64,000 nt of DNA from Eledone cirrhosa. Taxonomy: Eukaryota. Location of the stretch: assembly GCA_964016885.1 (NCBI GenBank), contig OZ024760.1:24242001-24306000 (forward strand). The letters run 5' to 3'. Made by a program: the position numbers and the translations under genes. Within the stretch, counting starts at the first letter, position 1. Every line of letters starts with the position of its first letter. Of the stretch, positions 13,061 through 27,005 are shown piece by piece. A model generated the notes under the pieces. The model was not told where the DNA came from, did no database searches, and saw nothing but the letters and a program-made list of their open reading frames with translations.

Positions 13061-13166
13061 TGCAGTTATTATATAGATTTATGTCTAAATAAGATCCACC
13101 ATAATTTCAATGTCTCTTTTTTGTTTTAGCTTTTTACAACAACTTTCTGTTTGTTATCTTTATTAA

Positions 13167-13385
13167 CTTTTAATATCCTGTAATGACTGAGCAGAAAATA
13201 TCTAAAAATAGGCCTGTTAATTTAAATATTTATAGTATTTTCACTGGTGGACAGGTCATTGGGAAAATTTACTGTAAACTAAAGTCTTTACTTTAATTTT
13301 CAAGGCAATGCAGTCATAGTGCTGTTTTGTAATATTCAAAATTGTCGTTTCTAATGCTGTTTTATGTGGTACAGGATATTAAGTG
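13167..13385. mobile_element. TTAA-associated (piggyBac-like) MITE; related pieces at about 11440-11599 and 12320-12510
   Basis: ttaa|cttttaatatcctgta ... tacaggatattaagtg TIRs; the homologue in intron 2 ends tacagggcattaagag|ttaa. Confidence 0.6.
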
Positions 13386-13407
13386 TTGCTATCAACTTTT
13401 ATTGTAG

Positions 13408-13779
13408 TTCAATGTTGCTTCGACATTACTTGACGGAACAATGAGCCCAGAGAGTTACACTTCAGGACATCACTCCAGACCAAAGTTGAAGACTCTTCTA
13501 GAAAAATGTCATTTATTTAGAAAAAAAGACAATATAGCAAACTTTAACAGAATGTATGTTGAAGTAATTATTACCTTAACTAATAACAAGGTGTATAGAG
13601 GTCGTTGTGATACACCTTATGGCCATTGGCGGAAGCCTTTGTCAGACATTGATGTCCAGCGGAAATTTCTCAGTAACACAAAATCTCTTCCGACTGATGT
13701 TTCTGAAGCCATCATTCACTCAGTGGTGGGTTCATCAAAAAACTCAATAGAAGACATTTTAACCTTGTTGAAATACTGA
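13408..13779 (+). CDS. ACOD1: ACOD1-like coding exon 4 (terminal)
   Basis: ttgtag| acceptor phase 0; FNVASTLLDG..DTPYGHWRKPLS..KF; TGA at 13777-13779; four exons total 1419 nt = 472 aa + stop. Confidence 0.93.
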   Translation, partial: FNVASTLLDGTMSPESYTSGHHSRPKLKTLLEKCHLFRKKDNIANFNRMYVEVIITLTNNKVYRGRCDTPYGHWRKPLSDIDVQRKFLSNTKSLPTDVSEAIIHSVVGSSKNSIEDILTLLKY

Positions 13780-13834
13780 TTAAGTTAACAATGCAACATC
13801 AACATTTGAGGATGTGTATTTTAAACCTTTATCA

Positions 13835-14182
13835 TTTACATTACTCTACATTTACTATTATATTTTCACGGTAAAGACCTTACCTCACATAATATCTCAC
13901 TTAACATTTACAATTACTCTATATATACCATTATATTTTCACGGTAAAGGCCTTACCTCACATAATATCTCACTTAACATTTACATTACTCTATATATAC
14001 TATTATATTTTCACGGTAAAGGCCTTACCTCACATAATATCTCACTTAACATTTACATTACCCTATATATACCATTATATTTTCACGGTAAAGGCCTTAC
14101 CTCACATAATATCTCACTTAACATTTACATTACTCTATATATACTATTATATTTTCACGGTAAAGGCTTTATCTCACATAAT
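13835..14182. repeat. 72-bp tandem repeat (about 4.7 units) just after the stop codon
   Basis: acggtaaag recurs at about 13868, 13941, 14013, 14085, 14157. Confidence 0.9.
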
Positions 14183-14291
14183 ATCGAATCTATGAGATTT
14201 TGATATTATTTATTTTGAGAACAACAGCCCGAATTACGCCGTACAGTGTTTGGAAACCATCGTCGCCTTTTTGTTCAACACTGACACAGGA

Positions 14292-14334
14292 ACGATGTAC
14301 TAGTTTCAAGCTTATTAGCTATCGTCAGCATCGT
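14292..14334 (-). ncRNA. Minimal hammerhead ribozyme motif (family C)
   Basis: Reverse strand acgatg-CTGACGA-t-agct-aata-agct-t-GAAA-ctag-TA-catcgt; perfect 6-bp stem I. Confidence 0.8.
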
Positions 14335-14834
14335 ATACCTTTCTGTCAGATGATTGAACGTTTGAAAGTATATACCTTCCTTATGCATATTAACGGCTGA
14401 GCAGCCTAATCTGCATATCGAGTGAGTTAGTCGGCGAACCGAAATCGTATACCTTTCTGTCAGATGATTGAACGTTTGGTTGCCAAACACTGTACGGCGT
14501 AATTCGGGCTGTTTGTTTACAAACAAACCGAACATTATAATAAACGTTCGGTAAACCCATACGTGCATATATATATATATGTGTACATGTATGTTTATAT
14601 ATACATACTACTGTACGTCTGTATACATATATGTATGTACGTGTACATACTTACATTTAAGTATCAACCGTACTAAGAGTGAGAAATGAAATTTCGTTTC
14701 ATCTTTTTCCATTTATCGTTTTCGGTTCGCCCGGCCGACTAACTCACTCGATATCCAACTTAGGCTGCTCAGCCGTTAATATGCATAAGGAAAGTATATA
14801 CTTTCAAACGTTCAATCATCTGACAGAAAGGTAT

Positions 14835-14877
14835 ACGTTGCTGACGATAGCTAATAAGCTTGAAACTAGTACATCGT
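14835..14877 (+). ncRNA. Minimal hammerhead ribozyme motif (family C), inverted partner
   Basis: acgttg-CTGACGA-tagctaataagctt-GAAA-ctag-TA-catcgt; GUA triplet. Confidence 0.78.
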
Positions 14878-15096
14878 TCCTGTGTCAGTGTTGAAAAAAA
14901 AAAAAAAAGGCGACGATGGTTGCCAAACACTGTACGGCGTAATTCGGGCTGTTTGTTTACAAACAAACCGAACATTATAATAAATGTTCGGTAAACCGAT
15001 ACGTGCATATATATATATTTATATGTGTACATGTATATATATACATACTACTGTACGTCTGTATACATATATGTATGTACGTGTACATACTTACAT

Positions 15097-15128
<32 letters not shown>

Positions 15129-15170
15129 ATGATATTAAATAAATGGAAACTATATTTATAAAACCATATT

Positions 15171-15233
15171 TATTTTATTATATATATTTCAAGGGTACCA
15201 AAACACATTGGTAGGCTTTCCTCAGATAAAATA
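15171..15233 (-). ncRNA. Hammerhead ribozyme motif (family A-related)
   Basis: Reverse strand tattttat-CTGAGGA-aagcctaccaa...ttggtaccctt-GAAA-tatata-TA-ataaaata. Confidence 0.7.
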
Positions 15234-16430
15234 CAAAATTTGTTTTATAAATAGAGACATACCCAGAAAAATCATAACTTATCAGTTTATTCTCTGGATA
15301 GTGGAAATGTATTAGGGATGTTTCAAACTTATGGGTGAATATGCAAATGAATATGTAAATAATTGAAAAACAACCGTTTATTTAAACGACTATGGAGAGA
15401 GAGAAGAGAGAAGATAAGAAGGACTAATAGTGAGAGAGAGAGATAGAAGAAGGAAAAAAGCTCATATAACGTTAATTTGAAGGAAATATATTCGAACAAT
15501 TGTCTATGTATATATTTAAGTATGTGTATTTATAGTAAAGGGATATTTTACGATTATTAGTTGTTTAAAATTTGTTTATAATATAATATTTTTCTTCTGT
15601 TATAAGTAGATAAATAAATGAATAAATAAATAAATAAATAAATAAATAGATGGGTATATCATGTTATAGATAATTGTTCTAATGAGTTAGGGATATTGGT
15701 TTTGTATTTTATGTAAATAAATATGTATTTAAAATTGAGAATGATTTAAAATTAAATTAAATTAAATTAAATTAACTGAGTTAAGTAAGAATATTTATAT
15801 TTATATGATTGAGAAGGGAAGATAAGGAAAAAACTCCGATTTTATTTATTTATTCGTTAGTGTGAAACTATTTAGTCAATCCCTAATACATTTCCACTAT
15901 CCAGAGAATATCCAACTGATAAGGTATGATTTTCCTGGGTATGTCTCTATTTATAAAACAAATTTTGTATTTTATAAACGTTCGGTAAACCCATACGTGC
16001 ATATATATAAAGAATCGCAGCTTTCACCCTTAACGGGATCTTCTGAAACTAAACAAATCAATCTGTGAACGCAGAAGTAAATATTTCGAAAAACGTTGCA
16101 ACCGAAGGAAAACAGGAAGACGATACTTTGGTTCGTGAAGACGTTTTGATGCAGTAAGTCAGACATACAGACAGATATTACAAGGGCGCGACGTTATAGC
16201 TATGTATCTATCTAAAAAGACAGACTAATGCGGTCCCTAGAGCATAGAAAATTTGAAATATATTTTGCTCAAAACACTCACAGGACCATAAGTATTACAT
16301 GTGTAAAGTTTGAAAAAACTCGGTTGGATGGTTCTCGAGGTTTAGGGAGACAGATAGACAGACATTCTCTGTTTTAGATTTTAGATAATTACAATTATAA
16401 TTTAATGTGTTATCTCCCTTGAAAGTTTCA

Positions 16431-17035
16431 TTATTATGAGTTACCGGTGGATTGGCAGTATCGGTAGAGGGTCGGACGCCATGCTTTCCAGCATAGTTAC
16501 GTCCCTTTATGGTCTGAGTTCAAATCCCGTCGAGGTCAACTTTTCCTTTCATCCTTACGGGGTCGATAAAATAAAGTACCAGTAATGTACTGGATATTTG
16601 CTGGCCTTGTGCCTAAAGTAGAAACAATTATTATGAGTTACCGGTGGATTGGCAGTATCGGTAGAGGGTCGGACGCCATGCTTTCCAGCATAGTTACGTC
16701 CCTTTATGATCTGAGTTCAAATCCCGCCGAGGTTAACTTTGCCTTTCATCCTTACGGGGTCGATAAAATAAAGTACCAGTAATGCACTGGGTAATTGCTG
16801 GCCTTGTGCCAAATGTAGAAACAATTATTATGAGTTACCGGTGGATTGGCAGTATCGGTAGAGGGTCGGACGCCATGCTTTCCAGCATAGTTACGTCCCT
16901 TTATGATCTGAGTTCAAATCCCGCCGAGGTTAACTTTGCCTTTCATCCTTACGGGGTCGATAAAATAAAGTACCAGTAATGCACTGGGTGATTGCTGGCC
17001 TTGTGCCTAAAGTAGAAACAATTATTATGAGTTAC
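16431..17035 (+). mobile_element. Head-to-tail trimer of SINE family 2 (197-bp period)
   Basis: Three near-identical units separated and bounded by ttattatgagttacc. Confidence 0.9.
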
Positions 17036-17561
17036 CTCCCTTGAATATACTATTTTAATGACAAATTATTTCAAATGTTGGCACAAGGCCAGCAATTTTG
17101 TCGCTAGAGCACGAGAGAATTAAGTTGACTGGTTACGTTATGTTATCGAGACTGGTAGGATGAAAGTTAAAGATGACGTTGGCAGAACTCTGAGAATGTG
17201 AAGATCCCTAACGTAAAGATCCCTAAATATTTTGCCCGAAGACTTTACCAATTCTACTAATTCACCAACCCGGTCAATATAATGTGGTGAAGTGGCAGAA
17301 TTGTTAAAACGTTGAAGGCAACACTTTGTGTTGCAGCTCTTTATGTTTTGAGTTCAATTCCCGGTGAGGTCAACATTACCTTCAATCTTTTCAAGGTCAG
17401 TAAATATATACACAAGTCGAGTACTGGTGTCACTCATACCCCCTCTCCCCCCCTCTCTCTCTCTCTCTAAGAAGAAAAATAAATCAGCTGTGTTCACCTT
17501 TAGTGAGGGATGGGCGCCATTAGGTTTAAATTCCGAAGACCTGCCACATATATATATATGC

Positions 17562-18915
17562 ATGATATCCCTATATATCCCTATAATGTCCCTATATATC
17601 ACTATAATGTCCCTATATATCCCTTATAATGTCCCTATATATCACTATGATGTCCCTATATATCACTATAATGTCCCTAAATATCACTATAATGTCCCTA
17701 TATATCACTATAAAGTCCCTATATACCACTATAATGCCCCTATATATCACTATAATGTCCCTATATAACACTATGATGTCCCTATATATGACTATGATAT
17801 CCCTATATATCCCTATAATGTCCCTATATATCATTATAATGTCCCTATATATCACTATGATGTCCCTATATATCACTATAATGTCCCTATATATCACTAT
17901 AATGTCCCTATATAACACTATGATGTCCCTATATATCACTATGATATCCCTAAATATCACTATAATATCCATATGTATCCCTATAATGTCTCTAAATATC
18001 ACTATAATGTCCCTATATAACACTATAATGTCCCTATATATCACTATAATGTCCCTATATACCACTATAATGTCCCTATATCCCTATAATGTCTCTAAAT
18101 ATCACTATAATGTCCCTATATATCACTCTAATGTCCCTATATCCCTATAATGTCCCTATATAACACTATGATGTCCCTATATATCACTATGATATCCATA
18201 AATATCACTATATTGTCCCTATATATCACTATGATGTCCCTATATATCACTATAATGTCCCTATATATCACTATAATGTCCCTATATATCACTATAAGGC
18301 CCCTATATATCACTATGATATCCCTATATATCATTATAATGTCCCTATATATCCCTATAATGTCCATATATATCACTCTAAGGTCCCTATATATCACTAT
18401 AATGCCCCTATATATCACTATGATGTCCCTATATATCACTATAATGTCCCTCTATAACACTATGATATCCCTATATATCGCTATAATGTCCCTATATATC
18501 ACTATAATGTCCCTATATATCACTATAATGTCCCTATATAACACTATAATGTCCCTATATATCACTATGATATCCCTATATATCACTATGATGTCCTTAT
18601 ATATCACTATAATGTCCCTATATATCACTATAATGTCCCTATATAACACTATAATGTCCCTATATATCACTATAATGTCCCTATATATCACTATAATGCC
18701 CCTATATATCACTATAATGTCCCTATATATCACTATAATGCCCCTATATATCACTATAATGTCCCTATATATCCATATAATGTCCCTGTATATCACTATG
18801 ATATCCCTATATATCCCTATATATCCATATAATGTCCCTGTATATCACTATGATATCCCTATATATCACTATGATATCCCTATATATCGCTATATTGTCC
18901 CTATATATCCACCAT
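17562..18915. repeat. 21-bp minisatellite (roughly 60+ units)
   Basis: Unit tatcactataatgtccctata; source of the spurious MSLYITI ORFs. Confidence 0.95.
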
Positions 18916-19039
18916 GATTTAAATTAATGTTATATATTTAACCAGATCCCAGTGTGGACTGTCCATCATAAACTTTATCTCGGAATATGTTGTTAAGGTA
19001 TGTTCCAAACACCAGCTCATTCATGTTTACTAAATCTTT

Positions 19040-20165
19040 CACTAGAAATATAGCAAAGAAAGGGTTAATGACATAGACAGTGTCTTTCATTAGAAATATG
19101 GTAATGAAAGGGTTAATGACATAGACAGTGTCCTTCATTAGTAATATGGTAATGAAAGGATTAATGACATAGACAGTGTCTTTCATTAGAAATATGGTAA
19201 TGAAAGGGTTAAAGACATAGACAATGTCTTTCATTAGATATATGGTAATGAAAGGATTAATGACATAGACAGTGTCTTTCATTAGAAATATGGTAATGAA
19301 AGGGTTAATGACATAGGTAGTGTCTTTTATTAGAAATATGGTAATGAAAGGGGTAATGACATAGACAGTGTCCTTCATTAGAAATACGGTAATGAAAGGA
19401 TTAATGACATAGACAATGTCTGTCATTAGATATATGGTAATGAAAGGATTAATGACATAGACAGTGTCTTTCATTAGAAATATGGTAATGAAAGGGTTAA
19501 TGACATAGGTAGTGTCTTTCATTAGAAATATGGTAATGAAAGGATTAATGACATAGGCAGTGTCTTTCATTAGAAATATGGTAATGAAAGGGTTAATGAC
19601 ATATACAGTGTTTTTCATTAGAAATATGGTAATGAAAGGGTTAATGACATAGACAGTGTCTTTCATTAGAAATATGGTAATGAAAGGGTTAATGACATAG
19701 ACAATGTCTTTCATTAGAAATATGGTAATGAAAGGGTTAATGACATAGGTAGTGTCTTTTATTAGAAATATGGTAATGAAAGGATTAATGACATAGACAG
19801 TGTCTTTCATTAGAAATATGGTAATGAAAGGGTTAAAGACATAGACAGTGTCTGTCATTAGAAATATGGTAATGAAAGGATTAATGACATAGGCAGTGTC
19901 TTTCATTAGAAATATGGTAATGAAAGGATTAATGACATAGACAATGTCTTTCATTAGAAATATGGTAATGAAAGGGTTAAAGACATAGACAGTGTCTGTC
20001 ATTAGAAATATGGTAATGAAAGGGTTAATGACATAGGTAGTGTCTTTTATTAGAAATATGGTAATGAAAGGGTTAATGACATAGACAGTGTCTTTCATTA
20101 GAAATATGGCATTGAAAGGGTTAATGACATAGACAGTGTCTTTCATTAGGAATATGGTAATGAGG
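19040..20165. repeat. 48-bp minisatellite (about 23 units)
   Basis: Unit aagggttaatgacatagacagtgtctttcattagaaatatggtaatga; source of the 429-aa ORF. Confidence 0.95.
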
Positions 20166-20843
20166 GGATAAAGACATAAACAGGGGATAAAGACATGAAT
20201 CAGACACTTCCGGAATCTGGACAGCATGTTCTATTAATTAAGAACCGACTAGATACGGTTTATAGCTTGATTATATGCTGAGCCACCGCGAATTATACGA
20301 TAGACACGGGTTCTCTATATATATTGCGTCTCATGGATTATGTGAGTGGTGGTGTGAGCGAAGACAGTGGTACGGCTTTGCCTACGATACAATAAGGTTT
20401 ATAGTATGTTAAAAGTTTTTGATATTTTGGTGTTCCCCTGCATCCGAGACTGTATATCATACAGATGTATGAGAATAAATGACTTAATAATTCAACCCAC
20501 ATAATAAGATCGATTACCTGCTTCAACTGCCTGACCCTGCAAATATCATTCTAACGCACTCTAATCATGTATAAATAAGACACGCGTGCATGCTACACGT
20601 GTGATTGTTTCATACACTGACTACTCTAAACTTTCCTCTTGCTTTATCTTCATAGACTGCCAACGCTTCATGTTTGTCTTTATTTTCATTCTTGTTTTTA
20701 TTTTTATCCTGCAACCTTTATATGTAAATTGCCATGCTATATCATTTGATGAATGTCACCCCACTGTTGATCAATATGCGCATATGTTTTATGTGTCTCT
20801 TGGGTTGAAAAGGAGGTCAAGTATGTTATAGATCAGTAAATAG

Positions 20844-20892
20844 TTGCTCCGAAGAATCCAAACCTCGGTTTGGAGGAAACAATTGTAAGCAA
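20844..20892 (+). ncRNA. Hammerhead motif with one core substitution (CCGAAGA)
   Basis: ttgct-CCGAAGA-a-tccaaacc-tc-ggtttgga-g-GAAA-caattg-TA-agcaa; all three stems pair. Confidence 0.65.
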
Positions 20893-20923
20893 ATAAATGA
20901 CTTAAACTGAACTTTGATTATTG

Positions 20924-21059
<136 letters not shown>

Positions 21060-21378
21060 TTATTTATTTTATATATGTATGCCAGGTTTGGGGGTAACCA
21101 CAGTAAGTAATGCACTCAATACATAGCAGAGTAATAATATTTAATATAGAAATGGCTTCTACAGGAAGAACTGTTTCATTCGAAGGAAATCATTAGGTAA
21201 GCCCTGATATAATATATATAGGAGGAGGTTATAGTTCCCTTGAAGCATTGTGTAATGAGGTATAAACGTTTGTATATGTATAATAAAGCCAAAACAATGC
21301 AGGTATGGACATAGAATAAAGAATGCAAATGCAAAAGATATTGTTGACAATTAGTCTTTTACCTTAGATTTATTTAAA

Positions 21379-21419
21379 TCTCCTTAATTTTCGAGATAAT
21401 ATCTCTTCTTCAGAGGGAA
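21379..21419 (-). ncRNA. Minimal hammerhead ribozyme motif
   Basis: Reverse strand ttccct-CTGAAGA-a-gagat-att-atctc-GAAA-at-TA-aggaga; outer agatttattt/aaataaatct extension. Confidence 0.6.
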
Positions 21420-21789
21420 ATAAATCTCTCAAACCAGTGTTCTAAATAGCTTGCCAAGTCATGCTGACAGGAAATGGTATAGAGTATCTGTTCTATCTCT
21501 AATATATATATATATATGATAAAGTCTCTTCATTATATACTCATACACTACTATCTATTTATCTATCTATACATACATACCCTCACACACATATACACAC
21601 GCAAACAAACACACCCACACAAACACACACACCCACACAAACACACATGAGTGATTATCGTAATCATGTGCTAGGTCAAGGTCTACTGTAATGTAATATC
21701 CATAGTAATGAGAATGTAATTAGCTAAAAAAGTTGAGATAGACATATATATAGACATATATATGTATATGTATGTATATATATATATAT

Positions 21790-21869
<80 letters not shown>

Positions 21870-22038
21870 AATAATTAGTTAAAGAAAAGTATAATGATAA
21901 GAAAAAAACGTTAATTAGAAACCAAGATTAAAAGACGAGACAGGAACACATTTCTCCGCCAACCTCTTCACCTCCATCATATAATAACCTCCCACCCTTT
22001 ATACCTCTTTTCTCTCTCTTTCTCTCTCTCTCTCTCTG

Positions 22039-22085
<47 letters not shown>

Positions 22086-22144
22086 ATTATATTCACATAT
22101 ATATAGCAAACGATGGAAAAGGCGAAAAGACACTTAGAACCATA

Positions 22145-22256
<112 letters not shown>

Positions 22257-22287
22257 AATACACACAAATATATATACATATATATAC

Positions 22288-22324
<37 letters not shown>

Positions 22325-23021
22325 AATTCATTAAGACGAGGGATTAATATTTACGCTTTAATTTATATTTTCAATTATCGTGTCTCTACCCTGCCTTTCA
22401 TAGGTTATAGATTCCATACACTGGTGGTTTTTTCCCTGTATTATTGATAGTGCACTATATCTCTCTCTAGTGTGTTACCTTTTCAACATATTGTATTTTA
22501 AATAGCTCAGGATTTCCTCTCCTTTGAGCACATTATTTACAGGGAATAGCGAGTGTCTATGGCTCCGTTAATTTATCGTGATATTCGCTACTTATAACAG
22601 TCTTTCCTATCTCTCTGTTTGGTTGAGCACACTTCTGTGAGTGGTTTTGGGCGGCCCTTTCTAGCAGCTCGTCCCTCAGAGGCCACTGGTTCACTGCCCT
22701 TAAACACGCGGTGACTTCTCTCTCCCACGTGTAGCTGGACAGTCACTTTAAAATTCTCTTAGTGTTGTCTGAAATGTATGGCCTTACACACGCTGATGAA
22801 CCTGGGTTATTTCACTTCTCTCAACAGCTTACTGGCGGAACAGATCACTTTGGATTTGTACGTGTGTTATAGAGTTATAGAGGTATTTATTTACGCTTTA
22901 ATTTATATAATTAATTATCGTGTCTATATTCTGCCTTTCATAGGTTATATATTCCATACACTGGTGGTTTTTCCCTGTTTTATTGATAGCGCACTGTATC
23001 TCTCTCTAGTGTTTTCAACAT

Positions 23022-23084
<63 letters not shown>

Positions 23085-23222
23085 CGAAGGAGATGTGGTA
23101 AAGAACCAGATGGACCATAATGCACCAGAGTACTCAATACTTAGGGTAGTGGAGTGGGTAATAGGAAAATGTATGACCTCGACGGTAGAGCTCAAGCCGT
23201 TTCGACGGCTATTTCTGGACTG

Positions 23223-23260
<38 letters not shown>

Positions 23261-23280
23261 TATATATATATAATATATAT

Positions 23281-23378
<98 letters not shown>

Positions 23379-23404
23379 ATATATTGGTATAGTAGGGAAA
23401 CGAG

Positions 23405-23442
23405 GTCTTAACGTTTCGGGCGTTATTCCATCATCAGAAGGC
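23405..23442 (-). ncRNA. Minimal hammerhead-like motif
   Basis: Reverse strand gcctt-CTGATGA-tggaataacgccc-GAAA-cg-TT-aagac; weak stems; next to (TA)n. Confidence 0.5.
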
Positions 23443-24131
23443 AGAATGATAGAAAGAATTGGAAGAATTTATTATTATATTAACCAACTATCTGTTCGTA
23501 AAATGAATAATATTGAGAATTTAAAAGTTAATATTATAAAACCTGAAAAACGAACTGAAAGATAAAAGACATCTGTTTCTGGAGATATGTGAATGGATGT
23601 TAGGTCGGGATTGAAAAGATAGCGGGTGGGAGGGAGAGATGAGATAGAGAGATGGAATAAGAGGAAGAGAGAAAGGGAGTGAGAGTGTTAGAAGGGGATA
23701 TATGGAGAGAGAAGTGAGAGGAAACGAGGGAGAGAGAGAGAGAAATACAGAGAAGGGAAGAAAAAGAATGAGGGGGAGAGAGACGAAGAGTGGAAAAAAG
23801 GGAGAGAGGGAACGGGAACGATAGATAAACAAAGACAAAATGAAAGACAAGGACGGACTTAAAAATAAATACATCATTCTTCTTCTTCTTCTTCTTCTTC
23901 TTCTTCTTCTTCTTCTTCTTCTTCTTCTTCTTCTTCTTCTTCTTCTTCTTCTTCTTCTTCTTCTTCTTCTTCTTCTTCTTCTTCTTCTTGTGTTCATTTT
24001 CAATGTTGATTTTATTCATCGTGCCTATTTCCCACTCCCCTTTAAGAGTCTACGTAAACACCCAGCACGCACATAACACAACACACATATGTATATACAT
24101 ACATATATATACATATATATATACACATATA

Positions 24132-24720
<589 letters not shown>

Positions 24721-24723
24721 ATA

Positions 24724-24767
<44 letters not shown>

Positions 24768-24832
24768 TATTTTCGTAGGAAAGGTAAAGGAAAGAAGAGT
24801 GCTCTCTGTGTAGTACAGAGCTATTTATGTAA

Positions 24833-24893
<61 letters not shown>

Positions 24894-25246
24894 TTATTCA
24901 GACATTCATTCATGCGGTGTATATATGTATATATGCAGGTGTATATATAAATACAATCTGCTGCTAAACATACAGGGACATCAGTAAAACCATTTTAACA
25001 ATCCACAGTTACAACAATAGACTTAAAATAACATTTCATGGCTGATTTACTTCACCCGATCTAGTAAATAATAATAATAATAATAATAACAACAACAACA
25101 ATAATAATAATAATAACAATAATAATAACAACAACAATAATAACAACAATAATAATAACAACAACAACAACAATAATAATAATAATAATAAAAAAAATAA
25201 TAATAATAATAACAACAACAACAATAATAATAATAATAATAACAAC

Positions 25247-25278
<32 letters not shown>

Positions 25279-25537
25279 CAACAACAACAAGAACAGCAAC
25301 AGTAATAACAACAATAATAATAGTAATATTCATGATAATAATTTAATGTTAATTTCAATAATAATGATAATTATTTCAATAACAATAATGACAATAACAA
25401 TAACAACAACAGCAACAACAACAACAAAAACAAGAAGAAAAACAACAGCAACAACAACAACAACAACAACAATAATAATAATTTCATTAAAAATAGTAAC
25501 AATTATAATGATGATGATGATAATGATGATGATGATA

Positions 25538-25587
<50 letters not shown>

Positions 25588-26230
25588 AAGAATATGATAA
25601 TAATTTTCATTAAAAATAGTAACAGTAATAGGCATGACGATAATAATGATAAAAATAATCGCAATAATAAAACAATAACAATAACAACAACAACAGCAAT
25701 AATAATAATACTAAAAACAATAATAAAAATAAGAATAGCAACTAATAACAACAACATCAACACTAAAATAACAACGCCAAAAAAATTATAGTAAAAAAAT
25801 CTTAAAAACAATAGGAAGCAACAAAGACAACAGCAAAGATACCAACAACAACAGCAATAACAATAGCAGCAGTAACAGCAACAACAACAATAACAACAAC
25901 AACAACAACAACAACAATAACAACAGCAATAACAACAACAATAGCAACAACAACAATAACAACAACAACAGCAACGACAACAACAGCAACAACAATAACA
26001 GCAGCAATAACAACAACAGCAACAACAACACCAAGAACAACAAAAGCAGCAGCAACAAGAGCAACAAGAGCAACAACAACAACAACAAGAATAACAATGA
26101 TGATATGTATTTGTTGAGGAGGGAAATGGTATTTGAGAATTATAAACTTCTAAATTCCTTTTATCTTGCACACCAATGGGCTTTGACCCAAAAATCGATT
26201 CATTGATTTTACTATGATTTATATACTTTT

Positions 26231-26289
<59 letters not shown>

Positions 26290-26292
<3 letters not shown>

Positions 26293-26665
26293 TGGCTGCC
26301 AACTCGTTTTCAAGTACGGCCACTACTTTATATCCATGTAGAAGAACCCTTACCGATGCGCTGAACAAGTGTGACTTTTTAGTCCAGCCAGCGACTTGTA
26401 AACTCTGGTACAAACACTACACTTGTGACAATTATTGACACATAGTGCTGGGCCTATGGTACCATGTGATGACAAGTGCAGAGAGATCTCCAGATATAAA
26501 GCAATGCCTGTGCCGTGAAGCTTTTATAGTGAGCAAAGGCACTGCACAAAGCCAGTCCCACTCTCTTAACCAAGATGATATTTACCAAAAAAGAACAAGT
26601 CAACATCATTGGATACCATCAGGGTTGCAGGTGTTATATCAGAGTTTTCCTTCTAGAATTCTGCC
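26290..26665 (-). mobile_element. Decayed 3' fragment of an RTE-like LINE
   Basis: End atggtggctgcc..ctcgtt..caagta.ggc matches the LINE end at 1806; relic C2H2 KSLAGLKSHL on the minus strand. Confidence 0.55.
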
Positions 26666-26811
26666 TTCATACATACACACACATATATATATACATACAT
26701 ACATACACACATATATATATATTATATATATATATATTTATAAATATAATAATAAAATGTGGAGAGGAAAAAAATATTTTTCTTCCTAATAATCATCTTT
26801 TTCTCCCTGTG

Positions 26812-26879
<68 letters not shown>

Positions 26880-26918
26880 TTATATATATGTATATATATA
26901 TATATACTTATATATATG

Positions 26919-27005
<87 letters not shown>

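Noticed and set aside
8507-13779. Bacterial prpD contamination or recent horizontal transfer
   Set aside because: The gene has spliceosomal introns filled with host repeats, and its motifs follow animal ACOD1
17364-18917. MSLYITI / YRDIIVI repeat ORFs
   Set aside because: 21-bp minisatellite read-through
18938-20227. 429-aa ORF
   Set aside because: Translation of a 48-bp minisatellite that happens to lack stops; no domain or splice evidence
22500-22865. Possible GIY-YIG/PLE coding remnant (also about 4560-4800)
   Set aside because: No recognisable motif could be read in any frame by eye; needs tBLASTx
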